This document shows, piece after piece, positions 8,900-19,024 of a stretch of 64,000 bases of DNA (position 1 is its first letter; the number at the start of each line of letters is the position of its first letter). Location: the NCBI GenBank assembly GCA_964583645.1, contig CAZOWR010000001.1:34-64033 (forward strand). The letters are read 5' to 3'. This DNA is from an uncultured Enterobacteriaceae bacterium (GTDB lineage: Bacteria > Pseudomonadota > Gammaproteobacteria > Burkholderiales > SG8-39). Position numbers and translations under genes: made by a program. The notes under the pieces were generated by a model that saw only the letters and a list, made by a program, of their open reading frames with translations, did not search any database and had not been told where the DNA came from.

Positions 8900-9975
8900 A
8901 CCGGTTCTACGGCGCCGGGGGCTGGAGCGCGATCGCTGCCTTCGCCGCGATCGCGTTCCTCGTCTTTCCGCTGCTCAGCCTCGCGGTGCCGCAGGGGAGC
9001 GCCTTGCACGTCTCGCAGTACTGGGTGACCCTGATCGGCAAGATCATGTGCTACGCGATGGTGGCGATCGCGATGGACCTGATCTGGGGCTACGCGGGGA
9101 TCCTCTCGCTCGGGCACGGCCTGTTCTTCGCGCTCGGCGGCTACGCCATGGGCATGTACCTGATGCGCCAGATCGGCCGCGAGGGGCAGTACCAGTCCGA
9201 GCTCCCCGACTTCATGGTGTTCCTCGACTGGAAGGAGCTGCCCTGGCACTGGTGGAACACCGACCAGTTCTGGTGGGCGGCGCTGCTGGTGGTGCTGGTC
9301 CCCGGCCTGCTTGCCTTCGTGTTCGGCTTCTTCGCCTTCCGCTCGCGGGTGAAGGGCGTGTACTTCTCGATCATCACCCAGGCGCTCACTTTCGCGGCGA
9401 TGCTCGCGTTCTTCCGCAACGCCATGGGGTTCGGGGGCAACAACGGCTTCACCGACTTCAAGCGCATCCTCGGCTTCGCCGTCACCACGCCGCAGACGCG
9501 CATCGGCCTGTTCATGGCCACCGCGGCGGCGCTCCTCGGCACGCTGCTGCTGGCGCGCTGGATCGTGACCTCGAAGCTCGGGCGCGTGCTCACCGCGATC
9601 CGCGACGCCGAGGCGCGGGTCGCCTTCTGCGGCTACAACACCGTGCACTACAAGCTCGCCGTGTTCACGCTCTCGGCGGTGCTGTGCGGCATCGCCGGCG
9701 CGCTCTACGTGCCGCAGGTCGGCATCATCAACCCGAGCGAGATGTCGCCCGCCAACTCGATCGAGATCGCGATCTGGGCGGCGCTCGGCGGGCGCGGCAC
9801 GCTGGTGGGGCCCATGCTCGGCGCGGGCGTGGTCAACGGCGCCAAGAGCTTCTTCACCCAGGCGTTCCCGGAGTACTGGCTGTACTTCCTCGGCCTGATC
9901 TTCATCCTCGCGACGCTCTACCTGCCGCAGGGCCTGGGGGGGCTGGCGCGGCAATGGCGGCAAAGGCGCGCATGA
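8896..9975 (+). CDS. urtC: urea ABC transporter permease
   Basis: Inside track ORF 8272..9975. ATG 8896 overlaps the urtB stop (ATGA). LivM-type permease (ILSLGHGLFFALGGYAMG). Confidence 0.85.
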   Translation: MNRFYGAGGWSAIAAFAAIAFLVFPLLSLAVPQGSALHVSQYWVTLIGKIMCYAMVAIAMDLIWGYAGILSLGHGLFFALGGYAMGMYLMRQIGREGQYQSELPDFMVFLDWKELPWHWWNTDQFWWAALLVVLVPGLLAFVFGFFAFRSRVKGVYFSIITQALTFAAMLAFFRNAMGFGGNNGFTDFKRILGFAVTTPQTRIGLFMATAAALLGTLLLARWIVTSKLGRVLTAIRDAEARVAFCGYNTVHYKLAVFTLSAVLCGIAGALYVPQVGIINPSEMSPANSIEIAIWAALGGRGTLVGPMLGAGVVNGAKSFFTQAFPEYWLYFLGLIFILATLYLPQGLGGLARQWRQRRA

Positions 9976-10784
9976 GCGCGAGCGCGGTGGCGGCCAACGA
10001 GAGCGCCACGCTCGGCCGCGTCTCGAGCGGCGAGCTCGACACCACGCACGGCGCGGTCCTGTACCTGGAGGACATCAGCGTGAGCTTCGACGGCTTCAGG
10101 GCCCTCGACCGGCTGTCGCTGTCGATCGACGTCGGCGAGCTGCGCTGCGTCATCGGCCCCAACGGCGCGGGCAAGACCACCATGATGGACGTCATCACCG
10201 GCAGGACGCGGCCCGACGCGGGCACGGCGTTCTTCGGCCAGACCATCGACCTGACGCGCCTGACGGAAGCCGAGATCGCGCACGCCGGCATCGGCCGCAA
10301 GTTCCAGAAGCCGACCATCTTCGAGCGCCACAGCGTGTTCGAGAACCTCGAGCTCGCCATGAAGGCCGACAAGCGGGTCTTCAGCACGCTGTTCGCGAGG
10401 CTGACCGGCGAGCAGCGGGACCGCATCGCGGAGACCCTCGAGCTGATCCGGCTGCAGGACAGCGCCGCGAGGACCGCCGGAGAGCTCTCCCACGGCCAGA
10501 AGCAGTGGCTCGAGATCGGCATGCTGCTCGTGCAGGAGCCCAGGCTGCTGCTGCTCGATGAGCCGGTCGCGGGCATGAGCGACGAGGAGACCGAGCGCAC
10601 CGGGGAGCTGTTCCTCTCGCTCGCCGGCAGGCACTCGCTGGTCGTGGTCGAGCACGACATGGCCTTCATCGAGAGAATCGCGCGCAAGGTCACGGTGCTG
10701 CACGAGGGCAGCGTGCTCGCCGAGGGGCCGATGGCGCAGGTGCAGAACGACCCGAAGGTGATCGAGGTCTACCTGGGACGCTGA
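9972..10784 (+). CDS. urtD: urea ABC transporter ATP-binding protein
   Basis: Inside track ORF 9048..10784. ATG 9972 overlaps the urtC stop (ATGA); an alternative ATG is at 9954. Walker A GPNGAGKTT, signature LSHGQKQWLEI, Walker B LLLLDEP. Confidence 0.85.
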   Translation: MSASAVAANESATLGRVSSGELDTTHGAVLYLEDISVSFDGFRALDRLSLSIDVGELRCVIGPNGAGKTTMMDVITGRTRPDAGTAFFGQTIDLTRLTEAEIAHAGIGRKFQKPTIFERHSVFENLELAMKADKRVFSTLFARLTGEQRDRIAETLELIRLQDSAARTAGELSHGQKQWLEIGMLLVQEPRLLLLDEPVAGMSDEETERTGELFLSLAGRHSLVVVEHDMAFIERIARKVTVLHEGSVLAEGPMAQVQNDPKVIEVYLGR

Positions 10785-11476
10785 TGCTGAAAGTCTCCGG
10801 CCTCAACCAGTACTACGGCGGCTCGCACATCCTGCGCGACGTCTCGTTCGAGGCACCCGCGGGCAAGGTGACCGCGCTGCTCGGGCGCAACGGCGTCGGC
10901 AAGTCGACGCTGCTGCGCACGCTCATGGGCCTGGTGCCGGCGCGCGCAGGCGCGATCGTGTTCGGCGAGGCGGACCTGACGCAGGCGCGGCCTTACGAGC
11001 GCGTGCGCGCGGGCATCGGCTACGTGCCCCAGGGGCGCGAGATCTTCCCGCGGCTCACCGTGGCCGAGAACCTCGAGATGGGGCTCGCGACGCGGCCGCG
11101 CGGCGAGCGCGTGCCCGAGCGCGTCTTCGAGATGTTCCCGGTGCTCGCGCAGATGCTGGGGCGGCGCGGCGGCGACCTCTCCGGCGGCCAGCAGCAGCAG
11201 CTGGCGATCGGGCGCGCGCTCGCGATGGGACCGAAGCTCCTGATACTGGATGAGCCCACCGAGGGCATCCAGCCCTCGATCATCAAGGACATCGAGCGCG
11301 CCATCCGCGCACTCGCCGCCACCGGGGAGATGGCGATCCTGCTCGTCGAGCAGTACTACGACTTCGCCCGGTCGCTCGCCGACCGGTACCTCGTGATGGA
11401 GCGCGGCGAGATCCTGCGCCGCGGCGCCGGCGCCGACATGGACCGGGACGGGGTCAAGGGCCTGCTGGCGGTATGA
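10784..11476 (+). CDS. urtE: urea ABC transporter ATP-binding protein
   Basis: 230 aa. GRNGVGKST, LSGGQQQQLAIGRAL, LLILDEP. The start overlaps the urtD stop by 1 nt. Confidence 0.9.
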   Translation: MLKVSGLNQYYGGSHILRDVSFEAPAGKVTALLGRNGVGKSTLLRTLMGLVPARAGAIVFGEADLTQARPYERVRAGIGYVPQGREIFPRLTVAENLEMGLATRPRGERVPERVFEMFPVLAQMLGRRGGDLSGGQQQQLAIGRALAMGPKLLILDEPTEGIQPSIIKDIERAIRALAATGEMAILLVEQYYDFARSLADRYLVMERGEILRRGAGADMDRDGVKGLLAV

Positions 11477-11483
11477 TCGGCGC

Positions 11484-12320
11484 ATGCTGCTTGCCGAGCC
11501 CGTCGCCGCTGCCGGCTGGTGCGCCAGCCTGTCCCTCGGCTTCGAGCGCCGCGCCGATCGCACCGTGCTCGCAGCGAAGCGCCACGAGGGCCCGCTGCTG
11601 GTGCAGAAACCGCTCTATCCCGAGGGCGGCGCGGTGTGCCACGCGATCGTGGTGCACCCGCCGGGCGGCGTCGCGGGCGGCGACGCGCTCGAGATCGCGC
11701 TCGACTCGGGCCCGGGCGCGCACGCGCTGCTGACCACGCCGGGAGCGGGGAAATGGTACCGATCCTCCGGCGCCGAGGCCGCCCAGGCGATCGAGATCCA
11801 GGCGAGCGGCACGCTCGAGTGGCTGCCGCAGGAGAGCATCGTCTTCGACGGCGCGCTCGCGCGCATGCAGACGCGGGTGCGGCTGGCGAGGCAGGCGCGC
11901 TACATCGGCTGGGAGATCGTATGCCTGGGGCGCAGCGGATCGGGGGAGCGCTTCGCGCGCGGCGCCTGCCGCATCGAGACCCGGCTCGAGCGCGAGCAGC
12001 GTCTGCTCTATTTCGAGCGCGCGAGCATCGAGGGCGGCGCTGCGCTGCTGCGCGCCTCGGCCGGCCTTGCGGGGCACCCGGTCTTCGGCACGCTGCTCGC
12101 CTCGGCCCCGGGTTTCGGCCGGGGCCTGGTGGACGAGTGCAGGCGGCAGGCGCCCGCGAAGGGCGAGGGCGCGGTGACGCTGCTCCCAGGCGTGCTGGTG
12201 GCGCGCTACCTCGGCGGCTCGAGCGAGGCGGCGAAGCGCTACTTCACCGCGCTGTGGGGCGTGCTGCGCCCGGCGCTCGCCGGGCGCGAGGCCTGCGAGC
12301 CGAGGATCTGGCGCACATGA
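11484..12320 (+). CDS. ureD: urease accessory protein UreD
   Basis: 278 aa. Motif HAIVVHPPGGVAGGD and its position at the head of the urease genes. Confidence 0.8.
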   Translation: MLLAEPVAAAGWCASLSLGFERRADRTVLAAKRHEGPLLVQKPLYPEGGAVCHAIVVHPPGGVAGGDALEIALDSGPGAHALLTTPGAGKWYRSSGAEAAQAIEIQASGTLEWLPQESIVFDGALARMQTRVRLARQARYIGWEIVCLGRSGSGERFARGACRIETRLEREQRLLYFERASIEGGAALLRASAGLAGHPVFGTLLASAPGFGRGLVDECRRQAPAKGEGAVTLLPGVLVARYLGGSSEAAKRYFTALWGVLRPALAGREACEPRIWRT

Positions 12321-13117
12321 GCGCCGAAGAATCCGCGAAGCGGCTGGTGCGGGCCTATCGCCGGGGCAGGCTGTCGGAGGAAGCGGTGAGGCTGCTGGTC
12401 GAGGCCCACGGCAGCGGCAGGCCCGCGCAGGTCGGCGGCGTCACGCTCAAATCGGATCGGGAAGCCTACCGGGTGCAGGACGCGGTTTTCTCGCGGCTGT
12501 GGCCCGGCGCGCGGGCGGCGGCGTGGAAGGCGGGCGGGCCGAGCGACAAGGTGGAGCCGACCGCGGCGCCGATCCCGCCGGAGCGGCTGCTCGCGAGCCC
12601 CGCGAGCATCGCGGCGAAGCGCCTCAACCTGCTCGGCGTGGAGGCCGAGATCGCTTTCCGCCTGCGGCGCGACCTGCCGCCGCGCGCGAGGCCCTACTCC
12701 GAGCAGACGCTCGCCGACGCGATCGGCGAGGTGCTGGTGGCGATCGAGGTCTGTGCCACGCGCCTGGCGGACTGGAAAGAGTCCTCCAGCCCGTGGAAGC
12801 TCGCCGATTTCCAGAACAACGGCGCGCTCGTCGCGGGAAGCGGGATCGCGGACTGGCGCAGCATCGACTTCGGCGAGCTGGAGGCCCGCTTCAGCATCGG
12901 CGGCGCGGTCCGCAAGGCGAAAGGCGCGCATCCGTTCGGCAATCCGTTCCGGCTGATCCCGTGGCTCTCGCGGCACTGCGCGAAGCGCGGCCTGGGCCTG
13001 CACGCCGGGGACGTCGTCACCACGGGCGCCTGGACGGGGCTGGAGACCGTGCGGCCCGGCGACGAGGTCATCGCCCGGTTCGCGGACATCGGCGAGGCGA
13101 AGGTGCGGATCATCTGA
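12317..13117 (+). CDS. 2-keto-4-pentenoate hydratase / FAH-fold hydratase-decarboxylase family protein
   Basis: Second half of track ORF 11519..13117. ATG 12317 overlaps the ureD stop (ATGA). MhpD/HpcG-like pattern AYRVQD...WKAGG...GVEAEIAF...IEVC..R...[10 protein letters not shown]...[11 protein letters not shown]. Ends 1 nt before ureA. Confidence 0.7.
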   Translation: MSAEESAKRLVRAYRRGRLSEEAVRLLVEAHGSGRPAQVGGVTLKSDREAYRVQDAVFSRLWPGARAAAWKAGGPSDKVEPTAAPIPPERLLASPASIAAKRLNLLGVEAEIAFRLRRDLPPRARPYSEQTLADAIGEVLVAIEVCATRLADWKESSSPWKLADFQNNGALVAGSGIADWRSIDFGELEARFSIGGAVRKAKGAHPFGNPFRLIPWLSRHCAKRGLGLHAGDVVTTGAWTGLETVRPGDEVIARFADIGEAKVRII

Positions 13118-13118
13118 C

Positions 13119-13421
13119 ATGGAGCTCACGCCCCGCGAGAAGGACAAGCTGCTCGTCTTCACCGCGGCGCTGCTCGCCGAGCGGCGCAGGGCGCGGGGGC
13201 TCAGGCTGAACTATCCGGAGGCGGTGGCGTTCATCACCGCGGCGATCATGGAAGGGGCGCGCGACGGCAGAAGCGTGTCGGAGCTCATGACTTGGGGCGC
13301 GACGCTGCTTGGGCGTGGCGAGGTGATGGAGGGCGTGCCCGAGATGATCCCGGAGATCCAGGTCGAGGCCACGTTTCCCGACGGCACCAAGCTCGTCACC
13401 GTGCACCATCCGATCCCATGA
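13119..13421 (+). CDS. ureA: urease gamma subunit
   Basis: 100 aa. [12 protein letters not shown]...[10 protein letters not shown] is the canonical UreA sequence. Confidence 0.95.
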   Translation: MELTPREKDKLLVFTAALLAERRRARGLRLNYPEAVAFITAAIMEGARDGRSVSELMTWGATLLGRGEVMEGVPEMIPEIQVEATFPDGTKLVTVHHPIP

Positions 13422-13722
13422 TCCCGGGCGAGATCGAGGCGGCGGCGGGCGACATCGAGCTCAACGCGGGGCGCAGGACCGTGACGCTCGAGGTGACCAA
13501 CACCGGCGACCGGCCGGTGCAGGTCGGCTCGCACTACCACTTCTTCGAGGTGAACGAGGCGCTCAGCTTCGAGCGCGCGAAGGCCTACGGCCATCGCCTC
13601 AACATCGCGGCGGGCACCGCGGTGCGCTTCGAGCCGGGGCAGGCGCGCACGGTCGAGCTGGTCGCGCTCGCCGGCGCGCGCCGGGTCTACGGCTTCGCCG
13701 GCAAGGTCATGGGGAGGCTCAA

Positions 13723-13726
<4 letters not shown>
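13418..13726 (+). CDS. ureB: urease beta subunit
   Basis: MIPGEI...[22 protein letters not shown] 13418 overlaps the ureA stop (ATGA). Confidence 0.95.
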
Positions 13727-15419
<1,693 letters not shown>

Positions 15420-15420
<1 letters not shown>

Positions 15421-15938
15421 TGCTGCAGATCAAGTCGAAGCTTAAGATCCGGCGCGGCGCCTACAAGCTGGAGGTGAAGGGCCGCCTGCGGCTGCCGTTC
15501 GACGCCCGCCAGAAGAGCCGCCTGCGTGCGAAGCTCGAGTCCGGCGAAGAGGTCGCGCTCATGCTGGCACGTGGCGAGGTTCTGCGCGGCGGGGACCTCG
15601 TGACCGCCTCCGACGGACGGGTGATCGAGGTCGTGGCCGAGCCCGAGAAGCTGCTCCACGTCGAGTGCGCGGACCGCGTGCAGCTGGCGCGTATCGCCTA
15701 CCACCTGGGCAACCGGCATGTCCCGGTCCAGGTCGGGGATGGCTTTCTGCGCCTGGCGCACGACCACGTTCTCGAGGAAATGGTGAAGCAGCTCGGCGGC
15801 GAGGTGACGCACGCCGAGGCGCCGTTCGAGCCCGAGGCGGGCGCCTACCGCGAGGCGCATTCGCACGGCGGCAAGATCCACGAATACGGCGGGCACGACC
15901 ACGACCACGAGCACCACGGCCATGACCACAAGCATTGA
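15420..15938 (+). CDS. ureE: urease accessory (nickel chaperone) protein UreE
   Basis: Tail of track ORF 14580..15938. ATG 15420 overlaps the ureC stop by 1 nt. Motif GNRHVPVQ and a His-rich tail [14 protein letters not shown]. Confidence 0.85.
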
Positions 15939-16572
15939 GCGTCTCGCGCGCCTGCTGCAGCTCGCGAGCCCGGCGCTGCCGGTGGGCGCCTACAGCTACT
16001 CCGGGGGCCTGGAGGCGGCGATCGAGGCGGGGTGGGTGAAGGATGCGCCTGCGGCCGAGCGCTGGATCGGCGAGGTGCTCGAGCACCCGGTGGGGCGCAT
16101 GGAGGCGCCGATCCTCGCCCGCATGATCGAGGAGCCGGACCGCGTCCGGAAGTGGAACGCGCTGTTCCTCGCCAGCCGCGAGACCGCCGAGCTGCGCGCC
16201 GAGACGGTGCAGATGGGCTACTCGCTGAATCGGCTGCTGCCGGAGCTCGGCGTGGCGCCGCTGGAGCTGGAGGAGCCGGCCTTCCCGGCCGCGTTCGCGC
16301 AGGCGGCGCGCGCCTGGGGAATCGAGCCGCGCGCGGCGCTCACCGCCTATCTCTGGGCCTGGCTCGAGAGCCAGGTCATGGCGGCGGTGAAGACGGTGCC
16401 CCTGGGCCAGACCGAGGGGCAGAAGATGCTGCTCGCGCTCGGCGCGAGGCTTCCCGCCGTGGTGGCTGCGGCGCTCGCGCTCGAGGAGGATGCGCTCGGC
16501 AACTTCGCGCCGGGCCTCGCGCTCGCCTCGATGCGCCACGAGACGCAGTACTCGAGGCTGTTCCGCTCATGA
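15922..16572 (+). CDS. ureF: urease accessory protein UreF
   Basis: 216 aa. [21 protein letters not shown], and its position between ureE and ureG. Confidence 0.85.
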   Translation: MTTSIERLARLLQLASPALPVGAYSYSGGLEAAIEAGWVKDAPAAERWIGEVLEHPVGRMEAPILARMIEEPDRVRKWNALFLASRETAELRAETVQMGYSLNRLLPELGVAPLELEEPAFPAAFAQAARAWGIEPRAALTAYLWAWLESQVMAAVKTVPLGQTEGQKMLLALGARLPAVVAAALALEEDALGNFAPGLALASMRHETQYSRLFRS

Positions 16573-17180
16573 CGCTGCGCGTGGGCATCGGGGGACCGGT
16601 GGGCTCGGGCAAGACCGCGCTCACGCTCGCGTTGTGCAAGGCGCTGCGCAGCCGCTTCGACATCGCGGTGGTCACCAACGACATCTATACCGAGGAGGAT
16701 GCGCAGTTCCTGGTGCGCCACGAGGCGCTCGCTCCCGAGCGCATCATCGGCGTGGAGACCGGGGGCTGCCCGCACACCGCGATCCGCGAGGACGCCTCGA
16801 TCAACCTCGAGGCGGTGGCGCGCCTGGACCGCCGCTTCCCGCAGCTCGACGTGATCTTCATCGAGTCGGGCGGCGACAACCTCGCCGCGACCTTCAGCCC
16901 GGAGCTCTCCGACCTGACGCTCTACGTGATCGACGTGGCGGCGGGCGACAAGATCCCGAGGAAGGGCGGGCCCGGAATCACCAAGTCGGACCTGCTGGTG
17001 ATCAACAAGATCGACCTCGCGCCGCTGGTGGGGGCGTCGCTGGAAGTCATGGAGCGCGACGCGAGGAAGATGCGCGGCGTGCGGCCCTTCGTCTTCACCA
17101 ACCTCAAGTCCGGGCAGGGCCTGGACGCCGTGATCCGCTTCATCGAGACCGAGGGCCTGCTATGCGCCACGCAGCGTTAG
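16569..17180 (+). CDS. ureG: urease accessory GTPase UreG
   Basis: Tail of track ORF 16032..17180. ATG 16569 overlaps the ureF stop (ATGA). [25 protein letters not shown]. Confidence 0.95.
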   Translation: MTLRVGIGGPVGSGKTALTLALCKALRSRFDIAVVTNDIYTEEDAQFLVRHEALAPERIIGVETGGCPHTAIREDASINLEAVARLDRRFPQLDVIFIESGGDNLAATFSPELSDLTLYVIDVAAGDKIPRKGGPGITKSDLLVINKIDLAPLVGASLEVMERDARKMRGVRPFVFTNLKSGQGLDAVIRFIETEGLLCATQR

Positions 17181-17341
17181 TTCTCATTGCGATCGCCGAC
17201 ACGGCGTTCGCGCATCCGAACCATCCCGACGGCGTCGTCGAGCTGCTGCACCTGCTCACCGAGCCCGACCACCTCGCGCTGCTCCTGGTGCCCGTGGTGC
17301 TGGTCGCGATCGCCTTCCTAGCCGCCAAGCTCCGCCCGTAG
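17162..17341 (+). CDS. 59-aa signal-peptide/His-rich/one-TM mini-ORF resembling the first ~55 aa of HupE/UreJ nickel permeases (possible remnant)
   Basis: Tail of track ORF 16490..17341. ATG 17162 lies inside the ureG 3' end. Sequence [24 protein letters not shown]...[14 protein letters not shown] compares with the HupE/UreJ N-terminal pattern signal-AH..H...HP..G.DH.LAM. Its 3' end overlaps the convergent gene by 24 nt. Confidence 0.35.
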   Translation: MRHAALVLIAIADTAFAHPNHPDGVVELLHLLTEPDHLALLLVPVVLVAIAFLAAKLRP

Positions 17342-18343
17342 CAGCCGCGCCGCCGCGACCATCGCCTGCATCTTGCCCAAGGCGACGCCGCGCGGCAGGT
17401 ACTTCATGCCGCAGTCCGGGGCGAGGATCACGTTCTCCTTCGGCACGTAGGCGAGCGCGCGCCGGATGCGCGCCGCGACCACTTCGGGCGTCTCGACCGT
17501 CATGTCGTTGAGGTCGATGCAGCCGACCATGATCCGCTTTCCCGGAAGCTTTGCCAGCACGGCGCAGTCGAGGCCCGATTGCGCCGTCTCGATCGAGACC
17601 TGGTCGCAGGCGCAGCCCGCGAGCTCGGGAAGGAACGAGTAGCCGCTCGGGCGCTGGTGGATGATCGCCGCGTAGCCGAAGCAGAGGTGCACCGCGGTCG
17701 TGCCCTTCACCCCCTCGAGCGCGCGGTTGAGCGCCTTCAGCCCGAACTGGCGCGCCTGCTCAGGCCGCGCCTGCATGTAGGGCTCGTCGATCTGCACCAC
17801 GTCGGCGCCCGCGGCGAAGAGCTCGCGGATCTCCTCGTTGACCGCCGCTGCGTAGTCGAGCGCCGCCGCCTCGTCGCTCGGGTAGAAGTCGTTCTGCGCC
17901 TGCTGCTGCATGGTGAACGGCCCGGGAACCGTCATCTTCACCCTGCGTTCGGTGTGCCGGCGGAGGAACTTCAGGTCCACGAGCGCCACGGGGTGCCGGC
18001 GGCGGATCCTGCCTACGATGCGCGGCACCGGGTTGGGGTGCCCCGAGCGGTCGAGCGCGGTGCCCGGGTGGTCGAGGTCCACGCCCTCGAGCGCGGTGGC
18101 GAAGCGGTTGGAGTAGCTCTCGCGCCGGATCTCGCCGTCGGTGACGATGTCCAGCCCCGCCGCCTCCTGCGCGCGGATGGCGAGCAGCGTGGCGTCGTCC
18201 TGCGCCTCGGCGAGCCACGGCTCCGGCACGCGCCAGAGTTCGCGCGCGCGCACGCGCGGCGGAAAGCGGCCGGCGAGCTTCGCGCGGTCGATGAGCCAGT
18301 CGGGCTGCGGGTAGCTGCCTACGAGCGTGGTGGGAAAGAGCAT
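17318..18343 (-). CDS. cobalamin-independent methionine synthase (MetE C-terminal domain)-like family protein
   Basis: 341 aa. TTLVGSYPQP, IVTDGEIRRESY, IQIDEP-type VVQIDEPY, CFGY, APDCGM. Confidence 0.75.
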   Translation of the reverse strand: MLFPTTLVGSYPQPDWLIDRAKLAGRFPPRVRARELWRVPEPWLAEAQDDATLLAIRAQEAAGLDIVTDGEIRRESYSNRFATALEGVDLDHPGTALDRSGHPNPVPRIVGRIRRRHPVALVDLKFLRRHTERRVKMTVPGPFTMQQQAQNDFYPSDEAAALDYAAAVNEEIRELFAAGADVVQIDEPYMQARPEQARQFGLKALNRALEGVKGTTAVHLCFGYAAIIHQRPSGYSFLPELAGCACDQVSIETAQSGLDCAVLAKLPGKRIMVGCIDLNDMTVETPEVVAARIRRALAYVPKENVILAPDCGMKYLPRGVALGKMQAMVAAARLLRAELGG

Positions 18344-18370
18344 GCCCCGAGTCCTCCTCGGGGCAGGATT

Positions 18371-18886
18371 CTATGCCGCGCCGGGCGGCGGACGGCGCGC
18401 CGGCGCGGCGGGCACGGGCTGCCGCTCGAGCACGCCGATCTCGCCCGCGAGCTCGGCGCCTTCCTCGACCTTGATGCGCGCGTAGCGGACCTTGCCCGAG
18501 ACCTTGCCGGTGCCGTGGATGAGCAGGTGCTTGCGCACCGTGAGCTCGCCCTCGAGCCGGCCGTGGATCTCGGCGCTGTCCACCGCGACGGTGCCGCAGA
18601 ACACGCCTTTCTCGGCGATCTGCAGCACGCGCGAGTCGAGCGTCGCCTCGATGCGCCCCTCGACCACGAGCGTGTCGCAATCGGCGATCTCCACGCCCTT
18701 CATCTTGATGTCGGGGCCTACGATCAGCTTCGCCTCCTTGCGCTCTTCCGCGCTCTCGGCGGGCTTCGCAGGCTCGGGGCGCGGCGGCGGGGGAGCGGCG
18801 TCCCGGCTCGGTGGGGAGGCAGGGGGCATCGGGCGCAAGGCGGGCTCGTCGCGGCGGCGGAAAAAGCTGTCCTTCTGCAGCATCAT
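18371..18886 (-). CDS. bactofilin-family polymer-forming cytoskeletal protein
   Basis: 171 aa. Pro-rich N-terminal tail, then a beta-helical repeat core (IKMKGVEI..., EGRIEATL..., IHGRLEGELTV..., GKVSGKVRYARIKVEEGAELAGEI). SD AGGAGAG lies upstream. Confidence 0.75.
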   Translation of the reverse strand: MMLQKDSFFRRRDEPALRPMPPASPPSRDAAPPPPRPEPAKPAESAEERKEAKLIVGPDIKMKGVEIADCDTLVVEGRIEATLDSRVLQIAEKGVFCGTVAVDSAEIHGRLEGELTVRKHLLIHGTGKVSGKVRYARIKVEEGAELAGEIGVLERQPVPAAPARRPPPGAA

Positions 18887-19024
18887 GGCTCTCCTAGTTA
18901 AAGCTGGATCTCATCCACATCGGAGAGCGTGCGGAAGCACGCGCCGTGCCCGGCGGCGAGCACGAGTGAAATCAAGCAGATGCGATGACTGCGGGGCCGC
19001 ACCCCGTCGGGCCGCCGCGACGGC

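Noticed and set aside
18927-18942. GCGTGC-GGAA-GCACGC hairpin (with an alternative GCACG-GCG-CGTGC pairing) in the 138-nt gap upstream of the bactofilin gene
   Set aside because: Short stems and no U-tract. No known riboswitch or attenuator features, and I cannot distinguish it from chance GC-rich self-complementarity.
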